Shown: positions 49,801 to 61,458 of the stretch, piece by piece
Numbering within the stretch: the first letter of the stretch is position 1
Layout: the number at the start of each line of letters is the position of its first letter
Source of the DNA: Heptranchias perlo
Lineage: Eukaryota
Direction of reading: 5' to 3'
Length of the DNA stretch: 64,000 nt
Assembly: GCF_035084215.1 (NCBI RefSeq)
Contig: NW_027139581.1
Coordinates: 3,720,001-3,784,000 of the forward strand
Notes under the pieces: generated by a model
Database searches by the model: none
Told to the model about the DNA's origin: nothing
Seen by the model: the letters and a program-made list of their open reading frames with translations, nothing else
Translations under genes and position numbers: made by a program

Positions 49801-50770
49801 GTGAATCTTCTTTGCACCGCATCAAAGGCAAGTTTATCCTTCCTCAGATAAGCAGACCGAAACTGTACGCAATACTCCAGGTGAGGTCTCAACAAAGCCC
49901 TGTACAATTTTAGTAAGACTATTGAACCCCCTATAACAACTGCATTTCGCTCGCTCGCAGTTCAGCCGAGTCTCCCGTGGTGCAGTGGATTTGCTCCGGA
50001 TTGCACGTAATCCAGCAACAAACTATTAATCTCAGTTTTGAAATTTCCAATTGACCTCCAGCCTCACCAGCTTTTTTGGGGAGAGAGTTCCAGATTCCCA
50101 CTGCCGTTTGTATGAAGAAATGTTCCCTCGCATCACCCCTGAACGACCTAGCTCTAATATTAAGGTTATGGCCCCTTGTTCTGGACTCCCTCAGTTTCTC
50201 CGGTGTCAGCCAGCGAATTTACAGGATTATTGAGTTCAATTTCGCTACTTGCCATGGTGGGGGTAAAAGAGTTTCCTCTAATCCAAGCTCTGCAGAGGGG
50301 ACCGAGAAGTGAGAAAAGCCTTTCGTTCGGAATAAAAGAGTTTCCTCTCCATTTTATCCATTTACCAACTTTATTGTTTATTCATTCCCGGGATGTGGGC
50401 GCCTCTCGTGAGGTCGGCTTTTATTGCCCATCCATAGTTGTCCTTGAGAAAGTGATGGTGAGCCTTCTGCTTGACCCGCTACAGTCCGTATAGTGAAGGT
50501 ACTCCCACAGTGCTGTTAGGAGGGAGTTCCGGAAATTTGAATGGGACAATGAAGGAATGGCGATATTTGCCCAAATCGGGATGAGTTGTGATTTTAAGGT
50601 GAACTTGGAGGTGATGGTGTTCCCATGCACCTGTTGGTAGGGGCCGCGGGTTTGGGAGGTGCTGCCAAAGAAGCGTGCACGAGTTGCTGCAGTGTATCCT
50701 GTAGATGGTACACACTGCAACCACAGTGAGCCGGTGGTGGAGGGAATGAATGTTTAAGGTGGTGGATGGA
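43835..50770 (-). mobile_element. Nested CR1/LINE pile filling the CH3-CH4 intron (includes endonuclease- and ORF1 esterase-like pieces)
   Basis: RT motifs ([20 protein letters not shown]), APE-like motifs (VNARGVVNK..ETWL, GVYYRPP), ORF1-like KVVISGLLPVP; several 3' tails. Confidence 0.85.
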
Positions 50771-50881
50771 CTAAACTATGCCATGGGGATAGACTATGCA
50801 TATATTTAATGAATAGAAGTCATGTACACGCACTGAGAAGATTCACAATGTGACACTTGTTGCTGCAACCTCACTGCTCAC

Positions 50882-51190
50882 CTCGTTCCTTGTGTATGGA
50901 CGCTCTTTTAGGAGTTGGAAGATCCTGATGGCTCACCACGCAATAGAACGTATCCCCACTCAGCCACGCTTGTGTCGAGATGTCTACTTTGCTGATCAGG
51001 CTGTCGGAGCCCTCGCCAGGTTGGACGGCAATCTCTGATTTTAAAGGCTGCTGTTCTCTGGTCCAGGACACGTTGACCCCATTCGGAGCATCAGACACGA
51101 CACAGGTCAAAGTCACCGTCGCCTCCAGTAAAACCTGTTCTTGTGATGGTGGCAGAATTGTGACTTCTGGTTCACCGGGTGGAGGACAAT
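50882..51190 (-). CDS. IGHM: IgM CH3 exon
   Basis: CACAG|(D)[57 protein letters not shown]|GTGAG; closely resembles shark Cmu3 as recalled. Confidence 0.93.
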
Positions 51191-51619
51191 CTGTGAGAGG
51201 AAAATAAATGTGAACCGATCTATTCTCTGGAGAATTGTGAAGCGAACGTTCAGCCTTTATTTGATTAAAGACAAGGAAAGTCATTTTTACTTTGGGCGAT
51301 ATGGACTCAGCCTCCCATTATACAGTGCGCCTGATTTTCCGTGCCACTAATCAGGAATGTGACCATTGGTGACTCCCCCATTCCCTGGAACAGTTGTGTT
51401 GAAGCACAGCTCTGATGCTCTACTTGCGCACCGCCTGATTTCGGCTCACTGAGAACAAAACTGGGACCAGGATCGCAGACTGATCCGATGACATGTGCGC
51501 AGAGGAATCCCTTCTGGGGCGGGGCTCTGGAACGTCTGCAGTGCTCACTGAACTGTAACAGAGGCAGAGAGAGTCAGGCCGTCCAGGAGAAGGAAGCAAG
51601 TAACTAGATACTCGGTAAA

Positions 51620-52050
51620 GAAAGAAAGAACTTGCATTTATACAGCGCTTTTCATCACCTCAGGACGTCCCAGAGCGCTTTACAGACAAAAAACTACTTT
51701 TGACGTGTGGTCACTGTTGAAATGTTGGAAACTCAGCTATCAATTTGCTCACAGCAAGCTCCCACCAACAGCAATGTGATAATGACCGGGTAATCTCTTT
51801 TAGTGATGTTGGTTGAGGGATAAATATTGGCCAGGACACAGGGGAGAACTCCATTGCTTGTCTTCTAGATATTGCTGTGTGATCTTTTCCTTTCACCTGA
51901 GAGGGCAGATCGGGGCCTCGGTTTAACGTCTCAACAAGATGGCACCTCCCATAGTGCAGCGCTCCATCAGTCCTGACTGGGAGTGTCAGCCTCGATTTTA
52001 TGCTCAAGTCTCAGGAGTGGGATTGAACCCACGACCTTCTGACTCAGAGA
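51620..52050 (-). mobile_element. Deu-domain tRNA-derived SINE (SacSINE1-like)
   Basis: B-box-like head on minus near 52030, Deu-like core (GGGATAAATATTGGCCAGGACAC..GGGCCTCGGTTTAACGTCTCA), L2-like tail with (TTTC)n. Confidence 0.75.
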
Positions 52051-52208
52051 TGATCAATAACATCAATGATATGTTCCTAATAATTGGTGAAAGAAGTTAT
52101 CAGTCCCCCCACACACCCTCACCCCCACCCCACGGAACACTGACTGTAAATTTCGGTAGAATTTGGCACTTAGATGCATCTGGCCTCAGCTCCCGGTTTG
52201 CCTCTTAC

Positions 52209-52529
52209 CAGGAGAACTGGTGATATTTTTGCTCTGGATGCTCTTGCTCGCTTTGTGAGTGACGGAGCAGGTGTATACCGCACCGTTGAACCATTCCCTG
52301 GAGGTGATTTCCAGCCGACTACTGACGCTGAAGTTGCCGTTCTCTTCACAGGGAGGAGAGGTGACGAACCCGGACTTCACGGGCAATCCGCCCTTCAGCC
52401 ACTGCACGTCGATGGGTTTTGGTCGGAATTCGGATATTAAACACACGGCCGTTACATGTTTGCTGGATAAGATTTCCTGAGGTGAACTTTGCGTGAGGAT
52501 AACAGTTGGAGGGACCGCAGGCAATCTTT
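52209..52529 (-). CDS. IGHM: IgM CH2 exon
   Basis: CATAG|(E)RLPAVPPTVILTQSS..VCLISEFRP..WLK..SGFVTSPPC..YTCSVTH..NITSSP|GTAAG; phase 1/1. Confidence 0.92.
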
Positions 52530-52642
52530 CTATGGGAATTCAAGGAAACAAAGGAGATTTCACCATTTCAAAATTAAATAATTCTGTATTGGAAAATTCT
52601 GTTATCTTTTCACATCTTGGTCGCCATCGAGCTCACACTAAC

Positions 52643-52951
52643 CTGGAATGGGCAGCTTCACTGTCTTCCAGGCAGATCCGCTGTGCCGAACCACGCAGTA
52701 GACTTTGCTGCTCTCCATCTCTGACTCGGGGATCGTTAACTGGCTGCTCAGGGTGTAGGTTCCCTTCTTGTTGAACACTGACGGGTAGGTCATGAATCCA
52801 CTAGTGATGCTTTGGTCATTTTTGGTCCAGGAAAGGATGGCTTTTTCGGGGGAATAGTTCATCGCCAAGCACCCGACCGTCACCAAACCTTCAGTATTGG
52901 GTTCTCCACAGGACGATAGCAGGGCGAAGAGTGTCGGAGTAGACGGTTCAG
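52643..52951 (-). CDS. IGHM: IgM CH1 exon
   Basis: CACAG|(A)EPSTPTLFALLSSC..GCLAMNYSP..W..TYPSVFNKKGTYTLSSQLTI..YCVVRH..KLPIP|GTTAG; light-chain-pairing Cys present. Confidence 0.92.
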
Positions 52952-53909
52952 CTGTGAAAGAGGAACAAATTGAACACAAAAGTGAAACTCCGCGATCACA
53001 TTTACATGAAACGCCCTCATGTTTTGAATATCCGCCAGAATCTGCACCAATTGCATCATTTGAGGATCACAAACAACAGTGAAAAGTGAGCCTCTGCTAA
53101 TTGTGAGGCCTGACTTGAAATGGGCTCACCGAACCCCAGTCTGGTGCATCCGAAAGTCCGGAGACAGGAAAGTCCATTCGGCCCATCAAGCTCCATCCAC
53201 CCAGACTCAGTACAAGGAAATTGTATCATTGACTTCGCCGAACTCCTTGTCGCCACTCCAATGACGAGGACATATTCTCTCCCCTAACTGTTCTCAAGTA
53301 AAGTTCAGGCAAAAATATTAATATCACAGGTCTGGAAATTCCCCCAGGCTACTCCCTGTAAACGGAGTTTCCACTCCACTTCCCACAAAGTCTCGCAGGC
53401 GGAGCGGGAGCAGCTCTGACGAATTTCTCGGCATATAAGTCTGAATATCCATCGAGGCCAAGAGGGGGCTGGATAAAAAATCAGGCGTATACGTTTAGAG
53501 GAACTGTGAGCAGCAGGGATGGAAAGTTGGTTGATGGACAGGAAACACAGAGAAACGGTTAACGTGTCCTTCAGATTGGAGAACGGCTGGAAAGTGAAGT
53601 CCTCCTGGTGTCAGTATTCGGGGCACTTCTGTTTACATACATTCCATGGTTTACACTTGGCGACAGGGAATAAAATCTCGAAAGTTGCTAACGACAAAAA
53701 AGTACATGATTTGGCAAGCAGCGAGGAGGAATGTAAAAGTCTTCATGAAGACAGAGGCAGGATAGGAGAATGGGCGGGCATGTGGCAGATATAATTTAAT
53801 TAGTGTGCAGAATGTGGGACTGTATACTCAGGGATATGAAACTAAGTGTTCGGATGTGCAAACAGATCTAAAGTGTGAATATATAATTCTAAAAATGCGA
53901 TTGTACGCC

Positions 53910-55540
53910 AAAAACATCTTGCAATTATATAGCCCCTTCAATGTCATAAAATGTCACTGAGGCACAGAAGGAGATATTGGGACAGCTGAACAAATGCTTG
54001 GTCAAAGAGGTAGGTTTAAAGGAGATTCTTCAAGGAGAGGGAGAGGTAGAGAGGCGGCGAGGTTTAGGGAGGGGATTACAGAGTTTAGGGCCAAGACAGC
54101 TGATGGCACGGCCACCAATGGTGGAGCGATTAAAATCGAGGATACGCAAGAGGCCAGAATTGGTGGCCTCGGAGGGTTGTACGGCTGGAGGAGGTTACAG
54201 AGATAGGGAGGGGTGAGGCCATGGAGGGATTTGAAAACAAGGATGTGAACTTTAAAATCGAGGCGTTCCCGGACCGACAGCCAATGGAGGTCAGCGAGTA
54301 CAGGTGTGATGGGTGAACGGGACTTTGTGCGAGTTAGGATACGGGGCAGCAGAGTTTTCGATCAGCCCAGGTTTATGGAGGGCGGGAGATGGGAGGCCAG
54401 GAGAGCATTGGAATAGTCAAATCTAGAGGCAATAAAGGCATGGATGAGGGTTTCAGCAGCAGAAGAGCTGAGGCAGGGGTGGAGATGGGTGATGTTACGG
54501 AGGTGGAATTAGGCGGTCTTGGCGATGGAGCAGATATGTGGTCCGAATCTCATCTCAGGGTCAAATAGGACGCCGAGTTTGCGAACGGTCTGGTTCAGCC
54601 TCAGAGAATGGCCAGGGAGAGGGATGGAGACAGTGGCTAGGGAACGGGTTTAGTGGCGGGGACCAAAGACAACGACTTCTGTCCTCCCAACATTTAGTTG
54701 GAGGAAATTTTTGCTTATCCAGCACTGGATGTCGGACAAGCAGTGTGACAAATCAGAGAGAGTGGAGGGGTTGAGGGAGGTGGTGGTGAGGTAGAGCTGG
54801 GTGTCGGCAGCTTCCATGTGGAATCTGACTTTGTATTTTCAGATGATGTCGCCGCGGGGCAGCATGTCGATGAGAAATAGGAAGGGTCAAGGATAGATCC
54901 TTGGGGGACTCCAGAGATAACGGAGCGGGAAGAGAAGTCATTGCGGATGGTTCTCTGGCTACGACTGGGTAGCTGAGAATTGAACCAGGCGAGCGCAGTC
55001 CTACCCAGTTGGATGACGGAGGAGAGGCTTTGGAAGAGGATGATGTGGTGAACCGTGTCAAAGGCTGCAGACAGGTCGGAAAAGATGAGGAGGGAAAGTT
55101 TACTCCGGTCACAGTCACATAGGATGTCATTTGTAACTTTGTCAAGGGTCATTTCAGTACTGTGGCAGGGGCGGAAACCTGATTGGAGGGGTCCATAATG
55201 GAGTTATGGGAAAGATGGTGACAGGGGTTAGGGAGACGACAACACATTCAAGGACTTTGGAGAGGAAAGCGGGGTTAGAGATGGGGCGGTAGTTTGCAAG
55301 GACAGAAGGGTCATGAGTGGGTTTTTTTAGTTGGGGGGGGGGTGATGAGGGCAGATTTGAAGGGGAGGGGGACAATACCTGAGGAGATGGAACCGTTAAC
55401 AATATCAGCAAACATGTATCGTTCACAATATAAGCTAACATTGGGGCCAGGAAGGGAAGTTTGGTGGTCAGCAGTTTGGTGGGAATAGGGTTGAGGGAGC
55501 AGGAGGTGGTTCTCATGGACAGGATGAGAAGTGAGATATT
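53910..55540 (-). mobile_element. L2-type LINE fragment in the J-C intron
   Basis: NYRPISNPAFLSKVLE, DLSAAFDTV, SGVPQGSIL. Confidence 0.85.
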
Positions 55541-55934
55541 TAAATTCTTCTTTGGCAGTAGCGCAAAATCGACGATAACGAATTGCACCTCATTTTGCAA
55601 TCCACCCAAATTTCTTTTCCATTTAAGTGAAGAGGAATTTGTTCAGTGTGGGTATGATTTCGGGGCATGAATCCGACTTGGGCAGTGGACAAAGGGGCGG
55701 TATCGAATCGGCCGCCTGTTTCTCGCCCCTCCTTATATTCACTCCCATTGAAGTATAACGGGAGGCTGGTGCAATACTGCCAGTTGTGAGCTACCGCCCA
55801 TTGAGTATCAATTCATCCTTGTCTGTGGTGCAAAATGGGCGACAGCCAATCGGTGCCCCGTTTTGCACTGCCTTAAATCGAAAAGATGCTCGGGCAGGGG
55901 GAAACGAGCTGCCGATTGGCTGTCGTTGACATTG

Positions 55935-56515
55935 CTTTTCTCTCTCAGGGTCGAAAGAACGGTGTATAGAGAAATAATGTCACCTCTTAATGTGAACCCT
56001 TTCTCTCTCATGGTCAAAAGAACGGTGTATGGAGAAATAATGTCACCTCTTAATGTGAACCCTTTCTCTCTCATGGTCCAAAGAACTGTGTGTAGAGAAA
56101 TAATGTCACCTCTTAATGTGAACCCTTTCTCTCTCATGCTCTAAAGAACGGTGTATAGAGAAATAATGTCACCTCTTAATGTGAACCCTTTCTCTCTCAT
56201 GGTCTAAAGAACGGTGCACAGAGAAATAATGTCACCTCTTAATGTGAACCCTTTCTCTCTCATGGTCTAAAGAACGGTGTACAGAGAAATAATGTCACCT
56301 CTTAATGTGACCCCTTTCTCTCTCATGGTCTAAAGAACTGTGTGTAGAGAAATAATGTCACCTCTTAATGTGAACCATTTCTCTCTCATGGTCTAATGAA
56401 CGGTGTATAGAGAAATAATGTCACCTCTTAATGTGAACCATTTCTCTCTCATGGTCTAATGAACGGTGTATAGAGAAATAATGTCACCTCTTAATGTGAA
56501 CCCTTTCTCTCTCAT
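55935..56515. repeat. 63-bp tandem repeat (~9 copies) in the J-CH1 intron
   Basis: Unit AAAGAACGGTGTATAGAGAAATAATGTCACCTCTTAATGTGAACCCTTTCTCTCTCATGGTCT; 21-aa period in overlapping ORFs. Confidence 0.93.
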
Positions 56516-57794
56516 GATGCATCGAGCAACTTCTCCCATTTGCTTTCTTGCTGTAATCAAATATTGGGCCAAGTTTCGCGGTATTTACTGTTTACTCCTA
56601 ATGTCCCAACACTTCAAGATACATAAATAATAATATCAACAGCAATAATAAAGGTATCACTAATAATGTGGTAGTAATAATATTATTATTAACAGCAATA
56701 ATAATAACTATTAATAATGTCAGCCAAGAAACGCCTTGCAAATGCGGGTAGGACCTTTGGACCAGAACTGTTCCCTGTCCTATTCTCCCGCCGCCCTCAA
56801 CACATCTGAGTCCGGGGTCTCTGTATTCTTTGTTTACCGCCTGGCTCGGGTCTCAAATCACCAACACAGATGAGCTGCAGAACCTCGATTTGCTAAAGTA
56901 GCGCTCTTCCGTTTCTTAAATGATCTGTGCTATAGCCTCGTCTGCAGAGAAACTGTTCAATAAAACACTAAAGGTAGATTTTTGTCTTCGCTGGCTGGGT
57001 ATTAAGGATAATCTCAGCTTCGCGCTGAACAACAATCTGGGGAAGGGGGAGGGGGGGAGGGAAATCTGATCGGGAAAAAATAGACGTCACTCACAGAATC
57101 CACCTGATCTTCCTCCTATTTAAACTAATGGAAGTAAAATCGGGAGAGTTTTGTAGCAGGTGTGCAATCCTCCCCACTCAAATTTCCTCTCTGTGCACAG
57201 AGCAGGGATTGTTTAACGCCCAGGCGGGAATCTATATCTTGCACACTTTAACTTCGAAATGTGGAATTCAGTATAATTCAAGTTTAACTGAAACTACACA
57301 AGGATCCGTGTAAAACAGAACATCGCTTCGTTTAATTATCAGAGACCCTGAATATAACGGAGCAAATGGAGAAACGAGCCTTTAGGTTCGAACTTCTAAC
57401 TTCGACGGGAGCGTAATTCAGGGAAAACCAGGCGTTGTGTAATTCGGAAAGCCCATCCGCTACCGCCCGTTTTACGCCCCGCACAAGTTGAATTTTACCT
57501 CCAGAGTGCTGATAATAAATTAATGTTGATATTAACGTCATTTTAGTGAAACAAATCTGTTTGAAGTTTAAAATTGTTTCTAGTTTCCTTCCAGCCTTAC
57601 GAGGTCAGTAGTTTTTAAAATTTAATGAACTAATGTAATTTAATTAAACGAAGATCATTTCAACAATTCTGCTTGATTTCCAGCAATATTCGCATCGCTG
57701 CCTCCAACCTTATAATTTCCCCCACTCTGCCTAGTTTATTTCTTGTCTATTTCCAACCTTGTGAAGCCTGAAAGTTCTTTGGTTGAAATATATT

Positions 57795-57932
57795 GGTGGT
57801 AATTTTGACTTGGCGGGACAGTGTAAAACTGGTGATTCACGTCATTGGAAATAAAAGCCGGGAGAGATGTTAAACGGGCTGTCGACTCCCCAGCACACGT
57901 TTCGCACTGTCGCCAAAATCAAAATTACCCCC
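57795..57932. mobile_element. Short inverted-repeat element (MITE-like)
   Basis: GGTGGTAATTTTGACTTGGCGGGACAGTGTAAAAC ... GTTTCGCACTGTCGCCAAAATCAAAATTACCCC; imperfect ~33-bp arms. Confidence 0.55.
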
Positions 57933-59420
57933 ATTCATTTTAAAAATGTTGTTTGGCTTCTATAACAGTTTATCTCTTTCTGCCTATGAATTTGCACAAT
58001 TCTTTAGTAAAGCCTGTCTCACTGCCTAAAAGAGATAATATACAAAGAGCCAACATTTTTGGACAGTTTACTGACAATAAAACTTCCTCCATTGAAGAGT
58101 AAGTACTTAATAAACCAAGAGCTATTTTAAATTGAAATCTATCCAGCCACAGGCTCCACATTGTTCATTAATTAAATATAATATATAAAATCATCAAGAC
58201 CAAACCAGGATACAGCAACTAATTAAAATCTGCAGTGAGACCTTTTGGAGCTCAATCACAACTGAGTAAGAAACACGGTGATTTGTGAAATTAATTGTAA
58301 CATAATCGATTTATTTTTCTCCCATCTCTGACATTTTCTCCTGACGGTGTTGTGTATGGGACATTTGTGGAAGGCGGTTTGTGTTTAATTGATTATATTG
58401 TAAGTTAACATTGATATTAACTGATGCTGTATTAAATTATAATCAAATCCAATATTAATTTTAAACCTGCTTCTGCCCACAACCTTGTGCATTGTGGAAA
58501 TGTTAACAAACTTTTCGTGACAGATATTCAATATGAACGTATCGAATATTATACTAATAGATGAATACATTAGTTTTATGTAAATAAAGGCACAGAAATG
58601 AGTTTTAAATTATGAAGTGAGTTGTAATGATTTGGAATGCAGTGAAAGGGCGGTGGAAGCAGATTTAAAAGTAACTTTCAAAAGGGAATTGGATAAATAC
58701 TTGAAGGGAAAAAACAGGACTCTGAGAAAAGTACAGGGGGATGGAACTGATTGGAAGCTCTTTCAAAGAGCTGGCAGAGGCACGTTGGGCCGAATGGCCT
58801 CCTCCTCTGCTCTACATACTATATGATACTATGATGCATCGAGCTTCTAATAATTTTATGCTCTGTCTCTGCACAATTAGAATCTCTGTAGTTTTCTGAG
58901 CTCTCTGAAACAATACAGACTCTGCGGATTTTCACAGTGTCTTTCACATGATGGAGTCAGGAGTGGATTTTTAAGCAGTTTTCTACACGGCCGAGCGAGT
59001 ACTCTACACTCATAAAGAATTTCAGTATATCCTGAAAGGAGCCCGATGTACATGATCTCGGACTGAGCCCAAAGCACTTGGGACAACATTATAACCGAGA
59101 ACTGCATTAGCCAGATGTTGTCAAATTAAACATTGCAGAAACAAAAATAAACACAGATCAGCATCAGGTTTCTGGTATCAAATAACCCATACTCGCAGAT
59201 AAACAAGATCCCACAATAATCAAGGAGAAATGCAAGAGTGATACAGCTGCTTTGATCTATAAAATCTCAGATGCACAATCAAAAGTTACATACCAATAAA
59301 TCTAAGGAAACAGTACCAACTTCACAGGATTGTGGAAATAATTAACTATTAAAACAACACGAAATACAAGATTAAACATACAAATTAAATACTGCAACTA
59401 AATTAGTGCATGTTTCTTAC

Positions 59421-59468
59421 CTGCAGTCACCGTCACCATGGTCCCTTGTCCCCAGTAGCCCCAGTAAT
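59421..59468 (-). CDS. IGHJ: JH segment (YWGYWGQGTMVTVTA) with 23-RSS at 59469-59507
   Basis: WGQG motif, G|GTAAG donor; RSS read outward CACTGTG-23bp-ACAATAAGG. Confidence 0.95.
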
Positions 59469-59883
59469 CACTGTGTTACATTCCTTCATCTGAGTCACAC
59501 AATAAGGGGCTCTGCATTCGGTACAGAAAATAGTCTACATTATTTTAAGTTTTGACATTCCAGAGGCAAGGTAATGTTACGATAGATTTATGTGATATTA
59601 AAAATCATTATATATAGTAACAAATGGTTCCATTTGATTGTTTATAAATTACTTTGATATTTGCGATCTCATACATTAGTTGATGAACAAGTTTCCAAAT
59701 CGCCAACAATTTCGTGAATATTTTTTATAGTTGTCCTGCTTAATCCTCGCCAGGACTGCAGTGCGAGATAGCAATACATGAATATTACTTTAATATATTC
59801 GCAGTTGTATTCCAGCCGGAGCACTGCCCCAGTTTCACCCCATGAATGTTGAAAGGGTTTTTGTATTGACAGTTAATGCTGTG

Positions 59884-59896
59884 CCACCCAGGTATA
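59884..59896 (-). other. IGHD: DH2 segment TATACCTGGGTGG, 12/12 RSS (59856-59924)
   Basis: J-side CACAGCA-12-ACAAAAACC; V-side CACCATG-12-TCAAATACT. Confidence 0.88.
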
Positions 59897-60279
59897 CACC
59901 ATGATACACACCGTGTCAAATACTTCTGCCAACATATAGCTTTCGTATGTAGATCTAAATTCCAAACAGCTTACAAAAAACTCGACTCAGATTCACCAGT
60001 GGATGCATTAATGTGATGCTTGTATCAGTATAACTTGTTATATGTTTATAAAAAGCCACGTTTTAGTGTTGAGACACACAACCAGTCTTTGCATGGAATT
60101 TAAATTCGTCAGTTCAATTTACACTTTATAGCTGGTTTTATAAACTTGGAGATATTTCTGACAGTGATATATATGGAATGACACTAATGTTGCTGTTCAT
60201 GATGGTTTTGTGATCACAGATTTCAGCAGGATCCCGCTCAGTGTTACTGTATGACGAGATGTCGATATGAAGCACTGTG

Positions 60280-60294
60280 GATCCACTGTATTAT
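60280..60294 (-). other. IGHD: DH1 segment ATAATACAGTGGATC, 12/22 RSS (60242-60322)
   Basis: V-side CACAATG-12-ACAAATACT; J-side CACAGTG-22-ACAGTAACA. Confidence 0.88.
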
Positions 60295-60737
60295 CACAAT
60301 GACACACGCCAGCACAAATACTGCACTCGCTCTCTGTTCAGCACTGTCTGTCAAAATTCACTTTCAAAAAACCCTTATTGGGACTGCAACCGGACTAGAA
60401 ATTCACTCAGGGTGAGAGAAAGAGAACACATCTGTGCACATCAGCGACCAGTGGTAGAATATATTGAAACAAGCATTAACTTCAAATTTCCATTCCTCAC
60501 ACATCGAAGTGCTGGACACCAGCAGAGTCCCTTCTCCTCATTATTACAACAACAGTTCATATTTTAGATCAGTTAACTGTCCTTAAACAAGATGCTTTGG
60601 GAAGAAATACCGTCTATTTGAAAGTACTGCAATTAACATTGCACTTTATTTAATTACTAACCGTCAGGTTATATTTGGAACGGTTGGATTTCTCCTCCTG
60701 TTTTTGTACAGGTCCAGCCCCGGACCCCCTCCCCGTG

Positions 60738-61040
60738 GGTATCCTGCACAGTAATACATGGCGGTGTCTTCGGTCTTCAAATTAGTCATTTTCAGATAAA
60801 AGGTCGTGCTGTCTTTGGAAGGGGTGAATCGATCTTGAACTCCGGGTGCGTAATAATTCGTGGATGTGGGCGTATAATAGCTCAGTAACCACTCCAGCCC
60901 TTTCCCAGGAACTTGCTTAACCCAAGCCATGTAATAGCTGTTGACATTGAACCCACTCACCGAACAGGACAGTGTCTGAGTCTCCGTGGGCTTTGCGGTA
61001 ACGGAATCCGATTGTGTCAGCACGATGTTGCATTGGACAT
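60738..61040 (-). CDS. IGHV: VH exon (unrearranged, open) with 23-RSS at 60699-60737
   Basis: CTCAG|(Y)[40 protein letters not shown]; RSS CACGGGG-23-ACAAAAACA. Confidence 0.95.
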
Positions 61041-61327
61041 CTGAGAGTGGGGGGAAAAGATCGGATGTCATTAAAACAGGCAAAATTAAAGATGGTCATA
61101 AAAGTAAAACAGAATATTTAAAAGCGAGAACTGGGTTAATCATCCATCTTCTCGTTCTTTTTGTACAATATCTTGAACGAATTATTGAAGGTTTAATTTT
61201 GTTGTCATGCTGGAGAACTGATAAATCGGTTCTTTCCTGACGTATTTGCAATTTCGCTAAGATAATCTTCACAGTGCAATCAGAGGAATTTCCCCCACCC
61301 TGAGCTGAAAAGGGAAAGAATACTCAC

Positions 61328-61373
61328 AGGTAAAGTAAGACAGAAGTAAACAGAGGTAGAAGCCAAGCGCCAT
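61328..61373 (-). CDS. IGHV: VH leader exon MALGFYLCLLLSYFT
   Basis: 46-bp phase-1 exon ending T|GTGAGTA; hydrophobic signal peptide that joins the V exon in frame. Confidence 0.9.
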
Positions 61374-61447
61374 CGTTTGCTTTCTTGATCAAACTCTCTG
61401 CTCCCCAGAACAGCCTCCTGATTGCTGACCTGAAGCCGAGCGCTCCA

Positions 61448-61458
61448 CTATTTAAACT
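61448..61458 (-). promoter_or_regulatory. TATA-like element of the IgH promoter
   Basis: GTTTAAATAG on minus, ~75 bp upstream of the leader ATG. Confidence 0.5.

Noticed and set aside
60342-60372. Possible third D segment/RSS (CACTGTC..TCAAAAAAC)
   Set aside because: 15-bp spacer fits neither 12 nor 23, and there is no partner RSS.
40853-61373. Calling the cluster IgW, IgNAR or germline-joined IgM1gj
   Set aside because: Four mu-type C exons with a mu tailpiece are present, the V has a full FR2/CDR2, and V, D and J are separate with RSSs.
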